Below, in pieces: positions 52,547 through 64,000 of a stretch of 64,000 bases of DNA. A program made the translations under genes and the position numbers. The DNA lies in the NCBI GenBank assembly GCA_964016885.1, contig CAXHJY010001633.1, forward strand, positions 54,379 to 118,378. Reading direction: 5' to 3'. The DNA comes from Eledone cirrhosa (lineage: Eukaryota). The notes under the pieces were generated by a model, which worked only from the letters and a program-made list of their open reading frames with translations, made no database searches and was not told where the DNA came from. The number at the start of each line of letters is the position of its first letter. The stretch's first letter is position 1.

Positions 52547-52659
52547 TTGATAAGTCGGCAGACCTCGCAAGGACTCTATATCTTTATGATATATTGTTTT
52601 TGTTTATGCCACGAAACTACGTAGTCGAGGAATTTAGGAGCAGTTTAGGTATGATACAT
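52547..52659 (-). repeat. 113-bp inverted copy of 51887-51999
   Basis: TTGATAAGTCGGCAGACCTCGCAAGG...TTTAGGTATGATACAT is the reverse complement of ATGTATCATACCTAAA...GCCGACTTATCAA. Confidence 0.93.
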
Positions 52660-55600
52660 ACCAACACCACCACCTTCACGACCAACACCACCACCTTCAC
52701 CACCAACACCACCACCTTCACTACCAACACCACCACCTTCACTACCAACACTACCACCTTCACTACCAACACCACCACCTTCACCACCAACACCACCACC
52801 TTCACCACCAACACCACCACCTTCACTATCAACACCACCACCTTCACCACCAACACCACCACCTTCACTACCAACACCACCACCTTCACTACCAACACTA
52901 CCACCTTCACTACCAACACCACCACCTTCACCACCAACACCACCACCTTCACCACCAACACCACCACCTTCACTATCAACACCACCACCTTCACCACCAA
53001 CACCACCACCTTCACTACCAACACCACCACCTTCACTACCAACACCACCACCTTCACCACCAACACCACCACCTTCACTACCAACACCTTCACCACCAAC
53101 ACCACCACCTTCACCACCAACAACACCACCTTCACTATCAACACCACCACCTTCACCACCAACACCACCACCTTCACTACCAACACCACCACCTTCACTA
53201 CCAACACTACCACCTTCACTACCAACACCACCACCTTCACCACCAACACCACCACCTTCACCACCAACACCACCACCTTCACTATCAACACCACCACCTT
53301 CACCACCAACACCACCACCTTCACTACCAACACCACCACCTTCACTACCAACACCACCACCTTCACTACCAACACCACCACCTTCACCACCAACACCACC
53401 ACCTTCACTACTAACACCTTCACCACCAACACCACCACCTTCACCACCAACACCACCACCTTCACTACCAACACCACCACCTTCACCCCCAACACCACCA
53501 CCTTCACTACCAACACCACCACCTTCACCACCAACACCACCACCTTCACCACCAACACCACCACCTTCACTACCAACACCACCACCTACACTACCAACAC
53601 CACCACCTTCACCACCAACACCACCACCTTCACAACCAACACCACCACCTTCACTACCAACACCACCACCTTCACCACCAACACCACTACCTTCACTACC
53701 AACACCACCACCTTCACCACCAACACCACCACCTTCACCACCAACACCACCACCTTCACTACCAACACCACCACCTTCACCACCAACACCACCACCTTCA
53801 CAACCAACACCACCACCTTCACTACCAACACCACCACCTTCACCACCAACACCACCACCTTCACAACCAACACCACCACCTTCACTACCAACACCACCAC
53901 CTTCACCACCAACACCACCACCTTCACCACCAACACCACCACCTTCACCACCAACACCACCACCTTCACTACCAACACCACCACCTTCACCACCAACACC
54001 ACCACCTTCACTACGAACACCTTCACCACCAACACCACCACCTTCACTACCAACACCACCAGCTTCACCACCAACACCACCACCTTCACCACCAACACCA
54101 CCACCTTCACCACCAACACCACCACCTTCACCACCAACACCACCATCTTCACCACCAACACCACCACCTTCACCACCAACACCACCACCTTCACCACCAA
54201 CACCACCACCAACACCACCACCTTCACCACCAACACCACCACCTTCACCACCAACACCACCACCTTCACTACCAACACCACCACCTTCACTACCAACTCC
54301 ACCACCTTCACCACCAACACCACCACCTTCACCACCAACACCACCACCTTCACCACCAACACCACCACCTTCACTACCAACACCACCACCTTCACCACCA
54401 ACACCACCACCTTCACTACCAACACCTTCACCACCAACACCACCACCTTCACTACCAACACCACCAGCTTCACCACCAACACCACCACCTTCACCACCAA
54501 CACCACCACCTTCACCACCAACACCACCACCTTCACCACCAACACCACCACCTTCACTACCAACACCACCACCTTCACTACCAACACCACCACCTTCACT
54601 ACCAACACCACCACCTTCACCACCAACACCACCACCTTCACCACCAACACCACCACCTTCACCACCAACACCACCACCTTCACCACCAACACCACCACCT
54701 TCACTACCAACACCACCACCTTCACTACCAACACCACCACCTTCACTACCAACACCACCACCTTCACTACCAACACCACCACCTTCACCACCAACACCAC
54801 CACCTTCACCACCAACACCACCACCTTCACCACCAACACCACCACCTTCACTACCAACACCACCACCTTCACTACCAACACCACCACCTTCACTACCAAC
54901 ACCACCACCTTCACTACCAACACCACCACCTTCACCACCAACACCACCACCTTCACTACCAACACCACCACCTTCACCACCAACACCACCACCTTCACTA
55001 CCAACACCACCACCTTCACTACCAACACCACCACCTTCACTACCAACACCACCACCTTCACCACCAACACCACCACCTTCACTACCAACACCACCACCAA
55101 CACCACCACCTTCACTACCAACACCACCACCTTCAGCACCAACACCACCACCTTCACTACCAACACCACCACCTTCACTACCAACACCACCACCAACACC
55201 ACCACCTTCACTACCAACACCACCACCAACACCACCACCTTCACTACCAACACCACCACCTTCACTACCAACACCACCACCTTCAGCACCAACACCACCA
55301 CCTTCACTACCAACACCACCACCTTCACTACCAACACCACCACCTTCACCACCAACACCACCACCTTCACTACCAACACCACCACCTTCACCACCAACAC
55401 CACCACCTTCACTACCAACACCACCACCTTCACTACCAACACCACCACCAACACCACCACCTTCACTACCAACACCACCACCTTCACTACCAACACCACC
55501 ACCTTCACTACCAACACCACCACCTTCACTACCAACACCACCACCTTCACTACCAACACCACCACCTTCACCACCAACACCACCACCTTCACTACCAACA

Positions 55601-58600
55601 CCACCACCTTCACTACCAACACCACCACCTTCACTACCAACACCACCACCTTCACTACCAACACCACCACCTTCACCACCAACACCACCACCTTCACTAC
55701 CAACACCACCACCTTCACTACCAACACCACCACCTTCACCACCAACACCACCACCTTCACTACCAACACCACCACCTTCACCACCAACACCACCACCTTC
55801 ACCACCAACACCACCACCTTCACCACCAACACCACCACCTTCACTACCAACACCACCACCTTCACTACCAACACCACCACCTTCACTACCAACACCACCA
55901 CCTTCACCACCAACACCACCACCTTCACTACCAACACCACCACCTTCACCACCAACACCACCACCTTCACTACCAACACCACCACCTTCAATACCAACAC
56001 CACCACCTTCACCACCAACACCACCACCTTCACCACCAACACCACCACCTTCACCACCAACACCACCATCTTCACTACCAACACCACCACCTTCACTACC
56101 AACACCACCACCTTCACCACCAACACCACCACCTTCACCACCAACACCACCACCAACACCACCACCTTCACTACCAACACCACCACCTTCACTACCAACA
56201 CCACCACCTTCACTACCAACACCACCACCTTCACCACCAACACCACCACCTTCACTACCAACACCACCACCTTCACTACCAACACCACCACCTTCACTAC
56301 CAACACCACCACCTTCACTACCAACACCACCACCACCACCACCACCTTCACTACCAACACCACCACCTTCACCACCAACACCACCACCAACACCACCACC
56401 TTCACTACCAACACCACCACCTTCACTACCAACACCACCACCAACACCACCACCTTCACTACCAACACCACCACCTTCACTACCAACACCACCACCTTTA
56501 CCACCAACACCACCACCTTCACTACCAACACCACCACCTTCACCACCAACACCACCACCTTCACTACCAACACCACCACCTTCACTACCAACACCACCAC
56601 CTTCACTACCAACACCACCACCTTCACCACCAACACCACCACCTTCACCACCAACACCACTACCTTCACTTCCAACACCACCACCTTCACTACCAACACC
56701 ACCACCTTCACCACCAACACCACCACCTTCACCACCAACACCACCACCTTCACTACCAACACCACCACCTTCACCACCAACACCACCACCTTCACTACCA
56801 ACACCACCACCTTCACCACCAACACCACCACCTTCACTACCAACACCACCACCTTCACCACCAACACCACCACCTTCACCACCAACACCACCACCTTCAC
56901 TACCAACACCACCACCTTCACCACCAACACCACCACCTTCACCACCAACACCACCACCTTCACCACCAACACCACCACCTTCACTACCAACACCACCACC
57001 TTCACTACCAACACCACCACCAACACCACCACCTTCACCACCAACACCACCACCTTCACTACCAACACCACCACCTTCACTACCAACACCACCAACACCA
57101 CCACCTTCACTACCAACACCACCACCTTCACCACCAACACCACCACCTTCACCACCAACACCACCACCTTCACCACCAACACCACCACCTTCACTACCAA
57201 CACCACCACCTTCACTACCAACACCACCACCTTCACCACCAACACCACCACCTTCACTACCAACACCACCACCTTCACCACCAACACCACCACCTTCACC
57301 ACCAACACCACCACCTTCACCACCAACACCACCACCTTCACCACCAACACCACCACCTTCACTACCAACACCACCACCTTCACTACCAACACCACCACCA
57401 ACACCACCACCTTCACCACCAACACCACCACCTTCACCACCAACACCACCACCTTCACTACCAACACCACCACCTTCACTACCAACACCACCACCAACAC
57501 CACCACCTTCACTACCAACACCACCACCTTCACCACCAACACCACCACCTTCACCACCAACACCACCACCTTCACCACCAACACCACCACCTTCACCACC
57601 AACACCACCACCTTCACTACCAACACCACCACCTTCACCACCAACACCACCACCTTCACTACCAACACCACCACCTTCACTACCAACACCACCACCTTCA
57701 CTACCAACACCACCACCTTCACTACCAACACCACCACCTTCACTACCAACACCACCACCTTCACCACCAACACCACCACCTTCACCACCAACACCACCAC
57801 CTTCACCACCAACACCACCACCTTCACTACCAACACCACCACCTTCACCACCAACACCACCACCTTCACTACCAACACCACCACCTTCACCACCAACACC
57901 ACCACCTTCACCACCAACACCACCACCTTCACCACCAACACCACCACCTTCACTACCAACACCACCACCTTCACCACCAACACCACCACCTTCACCACCA
58001 ACACCACCACCTTCACCACCAACACCACCACCTTCACTACCAACACCACCACCTTCACTACCAACAGCACCACCAACACCACCACCTTCACCACCAACAC
58101 CACCACCTTCACTACCAACACCACCACCTTCACTACCAACACCACCAACACCACCACCTTCACTACCAACACCACCACCTTCACCATCAACACCACCACC
58201 TTCACCACCAACACCACCACCTTCACCACCAACACCACCACCTTCACCACCAACACCACCACCTTCACCACCAACACCACCACCTTCACTACCAACACCA
58301 CCACCTTCACTACCAACACCACCACCAACACCACCACCTTCACCACCAACACCACCACCTTCACTACCAACACCACCACCTTCACTACCAACACCACCAA
58401 CACCACCACCTTCACTACCAACACCACCACCTTCACTACCAAAACCACCACCAACACCACCACCTTCACCACCAACACCACCACCTTCACTACCAACACC
58501 ACCACCTTCACTACCAACACCACCAACACCACCACCTTCACTACCAACACCACCACCTTCACTACCAACACCACCACCTTCACTACCAACTCCACCACCT

Positions 58601-61600
58601 TCACCACCAACACCACCACCTTCACTACCAACACCACCACCTTCACTACCAACACCACCAACACCACCACCTTCACTACCAACACCACCACCTTCACCAC
58701 CAACACCACCACCTTCACCACCAACACCACCACCTTCACCACCAACACCACCACCTTCACCACCAACACCACCACCTTCACTACCAACACCACCACCTTC
58801 ACTACCAACTCCACCACCTTCACCACCAACACCACCACCTTCACTACCAACACCACCACCTTCACTACCAACACCACCACCTTCACTACCAACACCACCA
58901 CCTTCACTACCAACACCACCACCTTCACTACCAACACCACCACCTTCACTACCAACACCACCACCTTCACTACCAACACCACCACCTTCACCACCAACAC
59001 CACCACCTTCACTACCAACACCACCACCTTCACTACCAACACCACCACCTTCAGTACCAACACCACCACCTTCACTACCAACACCACCACCTTCACTACC
59101 AACACCACCACCTTCACTACCAACACCACCACCTTCACTACCAACACCACCACCTTCACTACCAACACCACCACCTTCACTACCAACACCACCACCTTCA
59201 CTACCAACACCACCACCTTCACCACCAACACCACTACCTTCACCACCAACACCACCACCTTCACTACCAACACCACCACCTTCACCACCAACACCACCAC
59301 CTTCACTACCAACACCACCACCTTCACTACCAACACCACCACCTTCACTACCAACACCACTACCTTCACCACCAACACCACCACCTTCACTACCAACACC
59401 ACCACCTTCACTACCAACACCACCACCTTCACTACCAACACCACCACCTTCACCACCAACACCACCACCTTCACTACCAACACCACCACCTTCACCACCA
59501 ACACCACCACCTTCACTACCAACACCACCACCTTCACTACCAACACCACCACCTTCACTACCAACACCACCACCTTCACACCAACACCACCACCTTCACT
59601 ACCAACACCACCACCTTCACCACCAACACCACCACCTTCACTACCAACACCACCACCTTCACTACCAACACCACCACCTTCACTACCAACACCACCACCT
59701 TCACACCAACACCACCACCTTCACTACCAACACCACCACCTTCACTACCAACACCACCACCTTCACTACCAACACCACCACCTTCACCACCAACACCACC
59801 ACCTTCACTACCAACACCACCACCTTCACCACCAACACCACCACCTTCACTACCAACACCACCACCTTCACCACCAACACCACCACCTTCACTACCAACA
59901 CCACCACCTTCACTACCAACACCACCACCTTCACTACCAACACCACCACCTTCAACACCAACACCACCACCTTCACTACCAACACCACCACCTTCACCAC
60001 CAACACCACCACCTTCACTACCAACACCACCACCTTCACCACCAACACCACTACCTTCACTACCAACACCACCACCTTCACTACCAACACCACCACCTTC
60101 ACTACCAACACCACACCTTCACCACCAACACCACCACCTTCACTACCAACACCACCACCTTCACTACCAACACCACCACCTTCACCACCAACACCACCAC
60201 CTTCACTACCAACACCACCACCTTCACCACCAACACCACCACCTTCACCACCAACACCACCACCTTCACTACCAACACCACCACCTTCACTACCAACACC
60301 ACCACCAACACCACCACCTTCACTACCAACACCACCACCTTCACTACCAACACCACCACCTTCACCACCAACACCACCACCTTCACCACCAACACCACCA
60401 CCTTCACCACCAACACCACCACCTTCACCACCTTCACCACCAACACCACCACCTTCACCACCAACACCACCACCTTCACCACCAACACCACCACCTTCAC
60501 TACCAACACCACCACCTTCACCACCAACACCACCACCTTCACCACCAACACCACCACCTTCACTACCAACACCACCACCTTCACTACCAACACCACCACC
60601 TTCACTACCAACACCACCACCTTCACTACCAACACCACCACCTTCACTACCAACACCACCACCTTCACTACCAACACCACCACCTTCACTACCAACACCA
60701 CCACCTTCACTACCAACACCACCACCTTCACTACCAACACCACAACCTTCACCACCAACACCACCACCTTCACTACCAACACCACCACCTTCACCACCAA
60801 CACCACCACCTTCACAACCAACACCACCACCTTCACTACCAACACCACCACCTTCACTACCAACACCACCACCTTCACTACCAACACCACCACCTTCACT
60901 ACCAACACCACCACCTTCACCACCAACACCACCACCTTCACTACCAACACCACCACCTTCACCACCAACACCACCACCTTCACTACCAACACCACCACCT
61001 TCACCACCAACACCACCACCTTCACTACCAACACCACCACCTTCACTACCAACACCACCACCTTCACCACCAACACCACCACCTTCACTACCAACACCAC
61101 CACCTTCACTACCAACACCACCACCTTCACTACCAACACCACCACCTTCACTACCAACACCACCACCTTCACTACCAACACCACCACCTTCACCACCAAC
61201 ACCACCACCTTCACTACCAACACCACCACCTTCACCACCAACACCACCACCTTCACTACCAACACCACCACCTTCACTACCAACACCACCACCTTCACTA
61301 CCAACACCATTACCTTCACTACCAACACCACCACCTTCACTACCAACACCACCACCTTCACCACCAACACCACCACCTTCACTACCAACACCACCACCTT
61401 CACCACCAACACCACTACCTTCACTACCAACACCACCACCTTCACTACCAACACCACCACCTTCACCACCAACACCACCACCTTCACTACCAACACCACC
61501 ACCTTCACCACCAACACCACCACCTTCACCACCAACACCACTACCTTCACTACCAACACCACCACCTTCACTACCAACACCACCACCTTCACTACCAACA

Positions 61601-64000
61601 CCACCACCTTCACCACCAACACCACCACCTTCACTACCAACACCACCACCTTCACTACCAACACCACCACCTTCACCACCAACACCACCACCTTCACCAC
61701 CAACACCACCACCTTCACCACCAACACCACCACCTTCACCACCAACACCACCACCTTCACTACCAACACCACCACCTTCACTACCAACACCACCACCTAC
61801 ACCACACCACCTTCACCACCAACACCACCACCTTCACTACCAACACCACCACCTTCACTACCAACACCACCACCTTCACCACCAACACCACCACCTTCAC
61901 CACCAACACCACCACCTTCACCACCAACACCACCACCTTCACCACCAACACCACCACCTTCACCACCAACACCACCACCTTCACCACCAACACCACCACC
62001 TTCACTACCAACACCACCACCTTCACTACCAACACCACCACCTTCACTACCAACACCACCACCTTCACCACCAACACCACCACCTTCACCTACCAACACC
62101 ACCACCTTCACCACCAACACCACCACCTTCACTACCAACACCACCACCTTCACTACCAACACCACCACCTTCACTACCAACACCACCACCTTCACTACCA
62201 ACACCACCACCTTCACTACCAACACCACCACCTTCACCACCAACACCACCACCTTCACCTACCAACACCACCACCTTCACCACCAACACCACCACCTTCA
62301 CCACCAACACCACCACCTTCACTACCAACACCACCACCTTCACTACCAACACCACCACCTTCACTACCAAACACCACCACCTTCACTACCAACACCACCA
62401 CCTTCACTACCAACACCACCACCTTCACTACCAACACCACCACCTTCACTACCAACACCACCACCTTCACTACCAACACCACCACCTTCACTACCAACAC
62501 CACCACCTTCACTACCAACACCACCACCTTCACTACCAACACCACCACCTTCACCACCAACACCACCACCACCTTCACTACCAACACCACCACCTTCACT
62601 ACCAACACCACCACCTTCACTACCAACACCACCACCTTCACTACCAACACCACCACCTTCACTACCAACACCACCACCTTCACTACCAACACCACCACCT
62701 TCACTACCAACACCACCACCTTCACACCAACACCACCACCTTCACTACCAACACCACCACCTTCACTACCAACACCACCACCTTCACTACCAACACCACC
62801 ACCTTCACCTACCAACACCACCACCTTCACTACCAACACCACCACCTTCACTACCAACACCACCACCTTCACTACCAACACCACCACCTTCACTACCAAC
62901 ACCACCACCTTCACTACCAACACCACCACCTTCACCACCAACACCACCACCTTCACTACCAACACCACCACCTTCACTACCAACCACACCACCACCTTCA
63001 CTACCAACACCACCACCTTCACCACCAACACCACCACCTTCACTACCAACACCACCACCTTCACCACCAACACCACCACCTTCACTACCAACACCACCAC
63101 CTTCACTACCAACACCACCACCTTCACTACCAACACCACCACCTTCACACCAACACCACCACCTTCACTACCAACACCACCACCTTCACCACCAACACCA
63201 CCACCTTCACTACCAACACCACCACCTTCACTACCAACACCACCACCTTCACTACCAACACCACCACCTTCACTACCAACACCACCACCTTCACCACCAA
63301 CACCACCACCTTCACTACCAACACCACCACCTTCACCACCAACACCACCACCTTCACTACCAACACCACCACCTTCACTACCAACACCACCACCTTCACC
63401 ACCAACACCACCACCTTCACTACCAACACCACCACCTTCACCACCAACACCACCACCTTCACTACCAACACCACCACCTTCACCACCAACACCACCACCT
63501 TCACTACCAACACCACCACCTTCACTACCAACACCACCACCTTCACTACCAACACCACCACCTTCACCACCAACACCACCACCTTCACTACCAACACCAC
63601 CACCTTCACTACCAACACCACCACCTTCACTACCAACACCACCACCTTCACCACCAACACCACCACCTTCACTACCAACACCACCACCTTCACTACCAAC
63701 ACCACCACCTTCACTACCAACACCACCACCTTCACCACCAACACCACCACCTTCACTACCAACACCACCACCTTCACCACCAACACCACCACCTTCACTA
63801 CCAACACCACCACCTTCACCACCAACACCACCACCTTCACTACCAACACCACCACCTTCACTACCAACACCACCACCTTCACTACCAACACCACCACCTT
63901 CACCACCAACACCACCACCTTCACTACCAACACCACCACCTTCACTACCAACACCACCACCTTCACCACCAACACCACCACCTTCACTACCAACACCACC
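52660..64000 (+). repeat. 21-bp satellite ACCAACACCACCACCTTCAC(C/T), ~540 copies, runs off the right edge
   Basis: Directly visible and derived from (ACC)n. Last base is dimorphic C/T, and shortened units of 9, 12 and 15 bp occur. Confidence 0.98.

Noticed and set aside
52617-63999. Poly-(VVKVVVL) ORFs up to 1997 aa
   Set aside because: Antisense reading of a stop-free ACC-derived repeat, mostly with non-ATG starts and an implausible composition.
52660-64000. Telomeric repeat
   Set aside because: The unit is not TTAGGG-like, and the plus strand is C-rich toward the right, opposite to telomere polarity for a right end. The single TTAGGG near 45094 is isolated.

Overview
Eukaryotic, repeat-dominated DNA. 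The SINE families resemble those known from octopus, so a cephalopod mollusc is my inference. Three parts: (1) 1-41639 is a ~460-copy tandem array of a 91-bp monomer (84-bp and other variants occur). The monomer is the tRNA-derived head of a SINE with RNA polymerase III A and B boxes, and the last copy runs directly into the intact SINE body (41640-41806). (2) An ~11-kb island (41.6-52.7 kb) holds SINEs, RTE- and CRE-like LINE relics, two MITEs, mini- and microsatellites, and one probable minus-strand coding exon resembling the LURAP1/FAM89/FAM167 coiled-coil motif. (3) 52660-64000 is a 21-bp ACC-rich satellite that starts abruptly at a duplication-inversion junction. The main finding is that three unrelated retroposons each have their 5'-most segment tandemly reiterated ahead of a single body (91 bp x ~460, 42 bp x 9, 68 bp x ~3.5). 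This suggests a recurring route from retroposon 5' ends to satellite DNA. The ORFs listed inside the satellites are repeat artefacts.
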